Source of the DNA: Acaryochloris marina MBIC11017
GTDB lineage: Bacteria > Cyanobacteriota > Cyanobacteriia > Thermosynechococcales > Thermosynechococcaceae
Assembly (NCBI RefSeq): GCF_000018105.1
Contig: NC_009925.1
Coordinates: 2,040,001 to 2,072,000 of the forward strand
DNA: 32,000 nt
Direction: 5' to 3'
Below are positions 1 to 8,676 of the stretch, in pieces; positions within the stretch are counted from its first letter, which is position 1, and the number at the start of each line of letters is the position of its first letter. The notes under the pieces were generated by a model. The model was not told where the DNA came from and did no database searches. It saw only the letters and a list, made by a program, of their open reading frames with translations. The position numbers were made by a program, and so were the translations under genes.

Positions 1-113
1 GAAAAAGTTAAGGTGTGTTGCAAGTTGCCCTTGTGAACGGCTGTAGATGGCATTTGGTCAGGATCCCCGTGATACGATTCGCTACGTAGCCGTTAAAAGT
101 TTGGAGGATCGCC

Positions 114-1334
114 TTGGCACTTCGGGTAGCAGTTGTTGGGTCAGGGCCAGCCGGTTCATCAGCAGCAGAAACGCTGGTAAAGGCTGGTATTGAGACCTAT
201 TTATTTGAGCGTAAATTAGATAACGCTAAACCTTGTGGTGGTGCGATTCCGCTGTGCATGGTGGACGAATTTGATCTCCCCCTTGAGATTATTGATCGTC
301 AAGTTAGAAAGATGAGAATGATCTCTCCTTCTAATGTTGAGGTGGATATCAACATTAAAAATGAGGGTGAATATATCGGCATGTGTCGTCGGGAAGTCCT
401 TGACGGCTTTATGCGCGATCGCGCCGCTAAATTAGGGGCGAAGTTGATCAATGGCACCGTTAATAAGCTGGATTTCCCCACTGGAGCCAACCAGCCTTAT
501 ACAATTCACTATGCTGATTTAACCGGCGGTCGAGCTGAAGGGGTGATGAAAACCCTCCAAGTCGACTTGGTGATCGGTGCGGATGGCGCAAACTCCAGAA
601 TTGCAAAAGAGATAAAAGCAGGCGACTACAACTATGCGATCGCATTTCAGGAGCGAATTCGCCTTCCTGATGAGTACATGGCGTATTACCAAGATCGCGC
701 CGAGATGTATGTCGGTGATGATGTCTCCACTGACTTCTATGCTTGGGTATTCCCCAAATACGATCACGTTGCTGTCGGCACCGGCACCATGAAGGTCAAC
801 CAAGCCGACATCAAGAAGCTGCAGGCCGGTATTCGTGCTCGTGCGGCCCATCGTCTCGTTGGCGGTGAAATCATCAAAGTGGAAGCTCACCCCATTCCTG
901 AGCATCCTCGTCCTCGCCGGGTTGTCGGTCGGGTTGCCCTCGTCGGTGACGCTGCCGGTACGGTCACCAAATCTTCTGGCGAAGGGATCTACTTTGCAGC
1001 CAAGTCTGCCCGGATGTGTGCCGAAGCCATCGTTGAATTTTCCAACAATGGTCAGCGGATTCCCACGGAAGATGAACTCAAAATTTATCTCAAGCGTTGG
1101 GATAAGGCCTACGGCATGACCTATAAGGTCCTCGATATTTTGCAGCGGGTCTTCTACCGTTCCGACGCCACTCGGGAAGCCTTTGTGGAAATGTGTGCCG
1201 ATGAAGATGTCCAACAAATGACGTTTGATAGTTATTTGTATAAGACGGTGGTTCCCATGAATCCCCTGAAGCAAATCAAGATTACCGCTAAAACCATCGG
1301 CAGTTTGATTCGCGGCAACGCTCTTGCACCCTAA
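114..1334 (+). CDS. chlP: Geranylgeranyl reductase (geranylgeranyl-diphosphate / geranylgeranyl-chlorophyll reductase), FAD-dependent
   Basis: 406-aa ORF. N-terminal dinucleotide fold VAVVGSGPAGSSAA, plus KPCGGAIP and LVGDAAG motifs typical of ChlP/BchP. TTG start a few nt after GGAGGA (103-108). Strong hairpin downstream. Confidence 0.9.
   Translation: MALRVAVVGSGPAGSSAAETLVKAGIETYLFERKLDNAKPCGGAIPLCMVDEFDLPLEIIDRQVRKMRMISPSNVEVDINIKNEGEYIGMCRREVLDGFMRDRAAKLGAKLINGTVNKLDFPTGANQPYTIHYADLTGGRAEGVMKTLQVDLVIGADGANSRIAKEIKAGDYNYAIAFQERIRLPDEYMAYYQDRAEMYVGDDVSTDFYAWVFPKYDHVAVGTGTMKVNQADIKKLQAGIRARAAHRLVGGEIIKVEAHPIPEHPRPRRVVGRVALVGDAAGTVTKSSGEGIYFAAKSARMCAEAIVEFSNNGQRIPTEDELKIYLKRWDKAYGMTYKVLDILQRVFYRSDATREAFVEMCADEDVQQMTFDSYLYKTVVPMNPLKQIKITAKTIGSLIRGNALAP
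415..422. repeat. HIP1 octamer GCGATCGC
   Basis: Exact 8-mer read in sequence. Confidence 0.95.
636..643. repeat. HIP1 octamer GCGATCGC
   Basis: Exact 8-mer read in sequence. Confidence 0.95.
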
Positions 1335-1360
1335 GGTCATGATTTGAGCATTTTGCATAT

Positions 1361-1407
1361 AAAAGCCAAAGCCCTTTAGATTCAAAACCTAAAGGGCTTT
1401 GGCTTTT
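1361..1407. terminator. Perfect 18-bp stem hairpin between convergent genes (likely bidirectional intrinsic terminator)
   Basis: AAAAGCCAAAGCCCTTTA (1361-1378) pairs perfectly with TAAAGGGCTTTGGCTTTT (1390-1407) around an 11-nt loop. A/T runs lie at both stem ends. Confidence 0.7.
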
Positions 1408-1459
1408 GATACAAGCATCCTAAAAAACGCTTCCCAAACTTTTGATCACAAGGAAGGGT

Positions 1460-1774
1460 TTAAGGATTCAAAACTTTCACTTGGATCCCCCGATGATCTT
1501 CCTGTTCGGGGACCTCACCAGGTTTATCGGGGCCCGGTGTAAGCTCTACCTGCGGCGGTAGACCAATACTAATTTCTTGGGGTTCAGGGAGCTGCTTGGG
1601 TTGAGGCTGCCAAGAACGAATTCCCACTTCTTGGACCCCCAAGGTTTTAGCATCACCGGTCCTTGAGGAAGCTGATTGCCGATTTTGTCCTCGTCGTTGG
1701 GCCCTGGCATCTTCGCCCCCCATGCTCAGCACCACCATCAATAGGGTTGTACAAACGAACGTTAATCTCAACAT
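1460..1774 (-). CDS. Hypothetical secreted low-complexity protein
   Basis: 104-aa ORF with a hydrophobic N-terminal signal-like segment (LTFVCTTLLMVVLSMGG) followed by a Q/P/E-rich region. No recognisable domain. Confidence 0.45.
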   Translation of the reverse strand: MLRLTFVCTTLLMVVLSMGGEDARAQRRGQNRQSASSRTGDAKTLGVQEVGIRSWQPQPKQLPEPQEISIGLPPQVELTPGPDKPGEVPEQEDHRGIQVKVLNP

Positions 1775-2065
1775 CGTTTTAGCTCTCTTTATGATTAATA
1801 ACCTAGATAAACGGGGATAGTATCAACTTTAAACGGTTGAGTGAGATGATTTACCCGTCTAAAGTCACAAATGAATCAGATTTTCCTCAGATATTCTTAT
1901 TTTAGTGAATATATTTTTGACTTTTTGGTCTAACGCAACCAAATTCAAGACTTAAAATTTTCTTTAGATCTTTACTTCAGACCAGCGCAAGTCAGGATAC
2001 CTCTCCCTGAAACCCATCGAAGACCCTTTATTCTGGGAAAGAAGACACAAAGGAGCCATAAGACT

Positions 2066-2845
2066 ATGGCTGTGACCATTCATCAGCTACGGACATGGAA
2101 AGAACAGGGACGTCCCATCTCAGTCCTGACCGCTTGGGACTTTCCCTTTGCAACGTTATTAGATCAAGCAGGAGTCGATGTCTTATTGGTGGGAGACTCC
2201 CTAGCCATGGTTGCCTTAGGATATCCCACCACTCTCCCGTTGACCTTGGACGAAATGCTTTACCATGCACAAGCTGTGACTAGAGGGGTCAACCATGCCC
2301 TAGTCATTTGTGATCTACCCTTTCTGAGCTATCAAGAAAGTCCGCAACAGGCCTTGAGAAGTGCTGGGACCTTATTGCAACAGGCAGGCGTAGCCGCCGT
2401 CAAACTAGAGGGAGGATATCCAGATATGGCGAAAACCGTTCACTATCTGGTTGACCGAGGAATCCCAGTGATGGGACATGTGGGCTTAACCCCCCAGTCT
2501 GTTCATCAGTTCAGCGGCTATCGACGTCAAGGGACCTCCGATGTAGAGGCGGATCGTATTTTACAAGAAGCGATTGCCTTGGAAGCTGCAGGCGCGTTTG
2601 CCATTGTTCTGGAGCATATTCCTGCCCCCCTAGCCACGAAAATCACCCAAACATTGACCATTCCCACCATTGGCATCGGCGCAGGTCCAGGCTGTGATGG
2701 CCAGGTGCTGGTTACAGCCGATATGTTGGGCCTGTCTGCATGGCAACCGCCCTTTGCCAAAGCCTATACCAATTTGCAGGAATCGATTACTGGAGCCGTG
2801 CAGCAATTTTGTGATGATGTCCGTCATCACCAATTTCCCCAATAG
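2066..2845 (+). CDS. panB: 3-methyl-2-oxobutanoate hydroxymethyltransferase (pantothenate biosynthesis)
   Basis: 259 aa. [15 protein letters not shown] and GHVGLTPQS motifs characteristic of PanB. AAGGAG precedes the ATG. Confidence 0.9.
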   Translation: MAVTIHQLRTWKEQGRPISVLTAWDFPFATLLDQAGVDVLLVGDSLAMVALGYPTTLPLTLDEMLYHAQAVTRGVNHALVICDLPFLSYQESPQQALRSAGTLLQQAGVAAVKLEGGYPDMAKTVHYLVDRGIPVMGHVGLTPQSVHQFSGYRRQGTSDVEADRILQEAIALEAAGAFAIVLEHIPAPLATKITQTLTIPTIGIGAGPGCDGQVLVTADMLGLSAWQPPFAKAYTNLQESITGAVQQFCDDVRHHQFPQ

Positions 2846-2940
2846 GGCTGACTCCAAATCCAGTCACCTCGCTGAAACCGAAGAGAAAGCGATAAGGTAA
2901 TAAAGTAGAGATGTGGCCTAGCTGGGAAAGGAAGGGATGA

Positions 2941-3585
2941 ATGCCTATCATCGCCGTGATTGACTACGATATGGGCAATCTGCATTCAGCCTGCAAAGGA
3001 CTGCAAGAAGCTGGGACTCAAACAATTGTCAGCGATCGGCCGGAGGATCTGGTATCAGCGGATGCGGTGGTTCTACCCGGCGTAGGTGCTTTTGATCCAG
3101 CGATGCAGCATTTGCGATCTCGCCAGCTGATTCCTGTCATCCAAGATATTCTCGCTAGCGGCAAACCCTTTCTCGGCATTTGCTTGGGGCTACAAATTTT
3201 GTTTGAAGGCAGTGAAGAAGGGACTGAAGCCGGATTAGGCATTATTCCCGGTACGGTTAAGCGCTTCCAATCCGAACCCGGCATTACCATTCCTCATATG
3301 GGCTGGAACCAACTGGAGTATCAACAACCTGATTTGCCCCTATGGCGTCATTCTCCTGCTCAGCCTTGGGTCTATTTCGTGCATTCTTACTACGTTGACC
3401 CCGTTGACCCCACCGTTAAAGCCGCCACCGTCACCCACGGCACTCAAACCATTACCGCAGCCATTGCCCGAGATAACCTAATGGCCGTTCAGTTCCACCC
3501 CGAAAAATCTTCCACTTTCGGGTTACAAATCCTGGCCAACTTTGTTGAGCAGGTGCAGGCCACCTTGGCGACTCCCGCTGTTTGA
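2941..3585 (+). CDS. hisH: Imidazole glycerol phosphate synthase, glutamine amidotransferase subunit
   Basis: 214 aa. Class-I GATase motifs PGVGAF, LGICLGLQ (nucleophile Cys), HSYY and QFHPEKS. Confidence 0.9.
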   Translation: MPIIAVIDYDMGNLHSACKGLQEAGTQTIVSDRPEDLVSADAVVLPGVGAFDPAMQHLRSRQLIPVIQDILASGKPFLGICLGLQILFEGSEEGTEAGLGIIPGTVKRFQSEPGITIPHMGWNQLEYQQPDLPLWRHSPAQPWVYFVHSYYVDPVDPTVKAATVTHGTQTITAAIARDNLMAVQFHPEKSSTFGLQILANFVEQVQATLATPAV

Positions 3586-3590
3586 CCCCC

Positions 3591-4103
3591 ATGAATTACT
3601 TAATTGCCGTCCTAGCCGACCGCATCCAAGCAGAAGCCGCCTATACCGACTTGGAAAAAGCAGGCATTCCCCTCACTCAAGTTTCTATATTGGGCAGAGG
3701 TTATAAAAGCGCTGATGAATTTGGCTTTATTGACCCCAAAAAGCCCGCCCGCGAGCAAGCCCGACGGCTAATGAACTTTTCCATCCCTTTAGGGTTAATC
3801 TTTGGATCTACCTTTGAGCTATACACGGGCATCCGCCTTTTCCCTGGGGTGGGAACGGTAATTAATGTCGTTTTAGGCGGACTGCTCGGCGCGTCTTTTG
3901 GTGCTTTTGGTGGGCTGTTCTCAGGGGGGTTAGCCGGTTTAACAACGGGCAGCGGTGATGCATTGGTTTATCGCAATCGCCTCAATGCAGGGAAATATAT
4001 TGTGGTGGTCAAAGGTAAAGAATCACTGACCCGTAAAGCCACTGATATTCTGCAAGGATATGACCCCGAAAATATCCAAGGCTATATTGAACCGCCAGAC
4101 TGA
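3591..4103 (+). CDS. Conserved membrane protein with a glycine-zipper TM region (function unknown)
   Basis: The ORF overlaps the hisH stop. The likely ATG at 3591 gives MNYLIAVL. Gly-rich hydrophobic core GGLLGASFGAFGGLFSGGLAGL. The track start at 3582 (TTG) is an alternative. Confidence 0.6.
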   Translation: MNYLIAVLADRIQAEAAYTDLEKAGIPLTQVSILGRGYKSADEFGFIDPKKPAREQARRLMNFSIPLGLIFGSTFELYTGIRLFPGVGTVINVVLGGLLGASFGAFGGLFSGGLAGLTTGSGDALVYRNRLNAGKYIVVVKGKESLTRKATDILQGYDPENIQGYIEPPD

Positions 4104-4648
4104 TGGTCAGAATTTACGGTAACCGTCAGATTAAAACCCTACCCGGCTTACAGACCCGCCCCACTACAGCCCGGGTACGGGAAGCCCTATTTAATCGCTG
4201 GCAACATCATCTCCAGGGGTGCCATTGGCTCGATCTCTGTGCGGGCTTCGGCTCCATGGGAGCCGAAGCCCTTTGTCGAGAAGCTGCAGTGGTCTATGGC
4301 ATTGAACAAGCAGGTGAGGCTTGCCGGATTATCCGCCAGAACTGGCAGTCTGTGGCCCGTCCAGCCCAAACCTTTCAAGTCCTGCGGGGAGATGTCGTCA
4401 AACGGCTGGCTAAATTGCAAAGTCAGTCTTTTGATCGGATTTACTTTGATCCCCCCTATGATGGCGGCTTATATGGAGCAGTACTGGATGCGATCTCAAC
4501 TCACAATCTCCTCAAAGCCACAGGAGAACTCGCCGTCGAACATCGTCCCAAGCAGCAATTCCCCATTCCCACAACACTCCAAATCTGTCATACAAGCATC
4601 TATGGCAACACAGCCCTGACCTTTTTCCAGATCTCGCAACTGGCATAA
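4103..4648 (+). CDS. rsmD: 16S rRNA (guanine966-N2)-methyltransferase
   Basis: 181 aa. RPTTARVREALFN, SAM motif I LDLCAGFGSMGAEAL, and the DPPY catalytic motif. The ATG overlaps the upstream stop (TGATG). Confidence 0.8.
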   Translation: MVRIYGNRQIKTLPGLQTRPTTARVREALFNRWQHHLQGCHWLDLCAGFGSMGAEALCREAAVVYGIEQAGEACRIIRQNWQSVARPAQTFQVLRGDVVKRLAKLQSQSFDRIYFDPPYDGGLYGAVLDAISTHNLLKATGELAVEHRPKQQFPIPTTLQICHTSIYGNTALTFFQISQLA

Positions 4649-4651
4649 ACA

Positions 4652-4683
4652 AAATCAGAGAGACGAACCCATCTCTCTGATTT
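4652..4683. terminator. 12-bp perfect hairpin between convergent rsmD and petG
   Basis: AAATCAGAGAGA (4652-4663) pairs with TCTCTCTGATTT (4672-4683) around an 8-nt loop. Confidence 0.6.
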
Positions 4684-4744
4684 ACAGATAACAAATATTG
4701 TGGACAGCTCAAACAGAGCTGTTTCCTGCGAGGTTTAACAAACT

Positions 4745-4855
4745 TTAGCCAACCTCTTCTCCACGCTTGTATTGTTGCCATGCAGCGACAAATAGTCCAG
4801 CTAGAGTCACTGGAACTAGGCCAAGTACAATACCTGCTAACAGAGGTTCTACCAC
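4745..4855 (-). CDS. petG: Cytochrome b6-f complex subunit 5 (PetG)
   Basis: Not in the ORF track because it is only 36 aa. The minus strand reads (GTG)[35 protein letters not shown]-stop, matching the conserved PetG pattern MVEPLL.GIVLGL..VTLAGLF..A..QY.R. AAGGAG lies 7 nt upstream of the GTG. Confidence 0.85.
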   Translation of the reverse strand: MVEPLLAGIVLGLVPVTLAGLFVAAWQQYKRGEEVG

Positions 4856-5137
4856 GGTGATAACTCCTTTGTGTACGCCTTAAAATAGCGTCTGAATCGT
4901 CCTTCCTTACTCTAGTAACCTTTGGGAACCTTGACAAGCGAATCCCTATTATTCCTTAGGCAAAGCATTTTTCAAATCTGTTGATACGGGTTGTTATTAT
5001 AGGTAAAACAACCCAATTTTAAAGCGATCAGAAATTGAAACAACCGATTTTTTGATCCGTCTTAACAGTAATATCACCTTAGGTCAAAGCCCTAGGCGCT
5101 CTGATTGCTGACCCATAACTATCTATTTTTATTTTTT

Positions 5138-6577
5138 ATGAACGGCTCTTCTAATCAACTGTTTTCCAAATCATGGCAACGACCTGGAAACCTTGCCATG
5201 ATGGCTTCGATCGCGGCTCACGGTGTGTTATTTGCCGGTTTAGCACTCGTACCCGCAACAGGCCAGCAAACAGACAGGAAACAACTGCGAGTCGTCAGTC
5301 TGCTCAAATCTCAACCTAATCCGGCGGCCCAACCCAACCCGGCCATTGATCCCAATGCCCCACCCCCAGCTCCTGGTGTAGCGGGTTTACCCCTCAACAT
5401 CACCACCCCTGATGGCCTCGCTGAATTGCCCGTCACTGATACTCCCAATCCAGCCTTTGACCCCTTTGCCTCTTCAATTGTGGAGTTACCTCCTCCTCCT
5501 CCACAGCCAAGCTTTACCCCCTTTGATCCCAATTCTTTAGCAGCATTACCCCCTGGACGAAACCCTGCCCCACCGCAACAAACCCCACCTCCTAGTAATT
5601 CCGGTCCATCCCTAAGTGATGAAGACTTTCAGGCTTGGCTCAACGGCACCTCCGATTTACCGAATTTGCCACCAGATCCAGGATCTACAGGTCCTTTGCC
5701 TCCACCAGGTGCTGCCCCCGGTCCTGTTGCCAGCAACACCACACCTCTAAGTCCAGCTAATGTAGGCGGAATAGACAGTAGTGCGAACCCTAACGATAGT
5801 AATTCCCTGGCCTCCTCTTCCGTTGCGCCTCCGGCTCAGAATGTCAAACGCTTTGTTGCCTACAACTACCCCAAAGAAGCCTGTCCAGATCGTTTAGAAG
5901 GTAAAGCAGAATATCGGATTTGGGTCAGTTCCAAAGCGGCACCCGTCGTCTCCGATATTGTCCTGTCTACTAACTCGCCGATCCTGGATCGAGCTGTTCT
6001 GGAGGCAGCGAAGAAATACAAAATCAAGGCCGAAGACGCCAACAAAATCGTCATCTTACCCTTCGACATTAAATATTCCCAATCCGTTTGTGCGGCTAAG
6101 GAGCCTGCTCCACCTATCTCTGAGCCCAATTTACCGCCAGTCACCCCAGTCCCAACTCCCAAGCCACCCACTCCTGCTAACCCACCATCCACGAATACAC
6201 CCCCCGAGAGTCCTGCTCCGGCGGAACCGATTACTCCCCCGATACCACAGCCTAATTTACCTCCGGTAGATCCAGCACAACCTGCACCACCGACTGCACC
6301 TCAGCCAACACAACCGGCTCTACCTCCTCAGCCAGCCCAACCAGCTCCTGCTGCACCCGCCCCCAGCCCAGTGCAGCCTGCTGTTCCCATCCAAGAGCCT
6401 CCAACGAACTCAGATCTACCACCGGTGCCTGCCGCTCCCCAGCCAGCGGCCCCACCCGCTAGTCCTCAGCCTCCAGCAGCGACCCCACCAGGAGCTCCTA
6501 GTGCCCCTGCTGCTCCACCGGCAGCACCCGCTGCCCCACCCGCTGCCCCACCGGCGGATGACACTCCAGCCAATTAA
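5138..6577 (+). CDS. Proline/alanine-rich TonB-like protein (N-terminal TM anchor, central TonB_C-like domain, long P/A-rich C-terminal tail)
   Basis: TM segment MMASIAAHGVLFAGLALV. Pro-rich spacer. The block YPKEA..LEGKAEYRIWVSS..VVSDIVLSTNSPILDRAVLEAAKKYKIK fits the TonB C-terminal domain pattern. About 170 further residues of P/A repeats follow. The track start at 5105 (TTG) is an alternative to the ATG at 5138. Confidence 0.6.
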   Translation: MNGSSNQLFSKSWQRPGNLAMMASIAAHGVLFAGLALVPATGQQTDRKQLRVVSLLKSQPNPAAQPNPAIDPNAPPPAPGVAGLPLNITTPDGLAELPVTDTPNPAFDPFASSIVELPPPPPQPSFTPFDPNSLAALPPGRNPAPPQQTPPPSNSGPSLSDEDFQAWLNGTSDLPNLPPDPGSTGPLPPPGAAPGPVASNTTPLSPANVGGIDSSANPNDSNSLASSSVAPPAQNVKRFVAYNYPKEACPDRLEGKAEYRIWVSSKAAPVVSDIVLSTNSPILDRAVLEAAKKYKIKAEDANKIVILPFDIKYSQSVCAAKEPAPPISEPNLPPVTPVPTPKPPTPANPPSTNTPPESPAPAEPITPPIPQPNLPPVDPAQPAPPTAPQPTQPALPPQPAQPAPAAPAPSPVQPAVPIQEPPTNSDLPPVPAAPQPAAPPASPQPPAATPPGAPSAPAAPPAAPAAPPAAPPADDTPAN

Positions 6578-6596
6578 TTTAAGACAGACAAAAAGC

Positions 6597-6632
6597 CCAC
6601 TTGAATTCTGAGCCATCCCAGAATTCAAGTGG
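6597..6632 (-). terminator. Intrinsic terminator of the cupredoxin gene (may also stop the convergent + strand gene)
   Basis: CCACTTGAATTCTG (6597-6610) pairs with CAGAATTCAAGTGG (6619-6632). On the minus strand the stem is followed by GCTTTTT. Confidence 0.65.
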
Positions 6633-6654
6633 ACCCATCGAGGCAGGGTTTCTT

Positions 6655-7119
6655 TCAGCCAACAACTTCAATCGTTCCCACCATACCGGCTTCGGTATGG
6701 CCTGGAACCGTACATCGCAGTGAATAAGTTCCAGAGCGCAGTGGAACAAAGACCCACTCTGCTTCAGTATTGGCTCTCAATTCTAATTCGTGAATCGCAC
6801 CTTTAATTTCTACATTCCCTGCGTCAACTTTTTGCGACCAAATCCCATCCGCAAAATCTTTGGCGGTGAAGTAGTGCTTTTGGCCACTAGAGTTGCTTAA
6901 GTGCAGATTATAGCGACGCCCTGGCTCAAATTGTAGATTATCAGGGAAAAACCGCAAGGCTCCAGCCTCATTCCCTAACGCGATATCAACATCAATGGCA
7001 GGTTGTTTGGCTAAATTAGTGGCAGCCATCCCTGCACCAGAGCTGCCTAATATCGTACCTACAGTGAGAACGGCTGTTAAGACCAAGGCCAGCACTGCTC
7101 GACGAAGCCTGTTATTCAT
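6655..7119 (-). CDS. Secreted cupredoxin-domain (type-1 blue copper-like) protein, not canonical plastocyanin
   Basis: 154 aa. Signal peptide ending AGMAA. C-terminal ligand pattern C-TVPG-H-TEAG-M with an upstream His (KHYF). Confidence 0.7.
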   Translation of the reverse strand: MNNRLRRAVLALVLTAVLTVGTILGSSGAGMAATNLAKQPAIDVDIALGNEAGALRFFPDNLQFEPGRRYNLHLSNSSGQKHYFTAKDFADGIWSQKVDAGNVEIKGAIHELELRANTEAEWVFVPLRSGTYSLRCTVPGHTEAGMVGTIEVVG

Positions 7120-7267
7120 GACATGTCTCCTGCAACGAATGGAGAAGGATCACCGCTTTCATTCCAGTACGGCTCAGAGTGCGATTATAGCGCCGCAACT
7201 GAAGCTGTGCGAAAGACTGCAATTTAGCGTTTTAAATTGATAAATTGCGACATTCACAGCAGCATTT

Positions 7268-7936
7268 CTATGAATTCAACTCGACTTTAGCCATATCTTT
7301 GGGGGTTGGGTTCTGTTTCCCAATCAGTTTGGGCCAGAACAAACCAGAATTTTCTCGATACTGTTCAAACTCAGGATATCGCGACAGAGAGCGATCTTTT
7401 TTGAGCATATTAGGGATAAAAACAGCTCCAAAAAAACCGCCAAGGATGACAAAAGGCAACCAATGCATCGTCAACATCGCAAAGGATAGATAAATCAACA
7501 TTTCACCTAAATAGTTAGGGTTGCGACAACGAGCAAAAAAGCCTTCAGTAATCAATCTCGGTTGATACTTGAGGATCAAATATTTTTGCGCATCACTCCC
7601 AAAATGGAGAAAGACACCAACAATATTGAGGGCTATTGCACCAGCAATCAAAGGTACAGCAGGCTCAACACGACGACTGATCAAAATATATGGGGCCACC
7701 CAATATAAACTGATGAGCCCAAATCCCAATAAGTGGATGGGCCATGGATATTGCTGTTCCCATTGTTTATCGGGATACAGTTGATCTTTAAGTAACCACA
7801 GCAATCCATAGGTGCCATGTAAGGCCAAATAAACCCAAGCCCCCAGCATAAAGTTTTGATAAATCAACATTAGACCCAAGATAAAGATAAAGGTCGTGCC
7901 TTTATGAAGATTGATGCAGTACTTGATCTTCATCAT
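7268..7936 (-). CDS. Polytopic membrane protein, DUF1295 / steroid-5-alpha-reductase-like (ICMT-related) family
   Basis: 222 aa with multiple TM segments. RNPNYLGEMLIY motif resembles the R.PNY.GE signature of DUF1295. Confidence 0.6.
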   Translation of the reverse strand: MMKIKYCINLHKGTTFIFILGLMLIYQNFMLGAWVYLALHGTYGLLWLLKDQLYPDKQWEQQYPWPIHLLGFGLISLYWVAPYILISRRVEPAVPLIAGAIALNIVGVFLHFGSDAQKYLILKYQPRLITEGFFARCRNPNYLGEMLIYLSFAMLTMHWLPFVILGGFFGAVFIPNMLKKDRSLSRYPEFEQYRENSGLFWPKLIGKQNPTPKDMAKVELNS

Positions 7937-8520
7937 TTGCTTCTGGTCTTTAAAAAATTTTCATCGTCCCAATCACATCTCTCAGCCGCTCTGATAAATG
8001 TAAAAAGTCAGTCCTTAGACCAAATTATCATCAACAAAAAAACTACCAGCGATTGCTTTATACCGATCAAAGGAGAGACTTGCCTAACCTGTTCCCAGAC
8101 CTATGGATGAGGACTATATTTAGATTCTTATAGCTTTAACACTCAGGGTTCAATATCAACCACTGATCGCTCAATTCAGCCAGTGTCGTGATGGCGGCTG
8201 ACTTCCTCATTATTTCCTACCAGCCCTGCCCAGACTGATTCAGCGATTCGCTTAAAACTCGAATCATCATGGCCCCTATTCCTCCGCTGCCCTAGGACTT
8301 AGTTCATGGGTGCCTTGGAGACAATGGTTATAACCGAAGCCGTCGTGGGTAACAGCTCATCTTCTACAACTCACCCAGGTGTATTCAATCTTGACCACCG
8401 AGGCGTTGGAATATCAGACAAGCTGAAGCCCTTAATAGATTGACTCGCTCAAGCTGTGCTCTCAGGTGAATCGTTGGCCTATTCTCTAAATTCACTCCAA
8501 GGGGAAACACAGCCCCTAGA

Positions 8521-8676
8521 CTAATTGGCAACTCTGACCACTTTTAAATTGGAGTTTTTCTGGCCCTTGCCTTCTAATGTCTGCGACAAATCTTGGAACA
8601 AGATAAAAGCAACGGCACCAGACAACGTGAAGGTACTGAGAAGTAGTGTAATTAGGCTCAAATGAATAACTTTCAT
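8521..8676 (-). CDS. Possible small (51 aa) single-pass membrane or secreted protein
   Basis: Hand-translated MKVIHLSLITLLLSTFTLSGAVAFILFQDLSQTLEGKGQKNSNLKVVRVAN-stop. GGAGAA lies 7 nt upstream of the ATG. It is the only SD-preceded ORF I found in a 1-kb region with no listed ORF. Confidence 0.3.
   Translation of the reverse strand: MKVIHLSLITLLLSTFTLSGAVAFILFQDLSQTLEGKGQKNSNLKVVRVAN

Noticed and set aside
519-1385. 288-aa minus-strand ORF, along with other ORFs at 299..490, 460..645 and 835..1119
   Set aside because: They lie entirely inside or antisense to the strongly supported chlP gene. They have no recognisable motifs and look like typical shadow ORFs.
4512-4937. 141-aa minus-strand ORF
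   Set aside because: It overlaps the rsmD 3' end and the intergenic hairpin. The real gene here is the 36-aa petG in a different minus frame.
5311-6628. Several ORFs (5311..5532, 5866..6192, 5958..6269, 6252..6455, 6416..6628), and the tandem-repeat look of the DNA at 6100-6577
   Set aside because: These are frame and strand shadows of the C-rich, Pro/Ala-coding low-complexity region of the TonB-like gene. The repeats are coding repeats, not a CRISPR array or a satellite.
8306-8443. 45-aa + strand ORF (MGALETMVITEAVVGNSSSS..) in the region with no listed ORF
   Set aside because: It has no Shine-Dalgarno-like sequence, no hydrophobic or otherwise recognisable pattern, and no terminator. It cannot be distinguished from a chance ORF.
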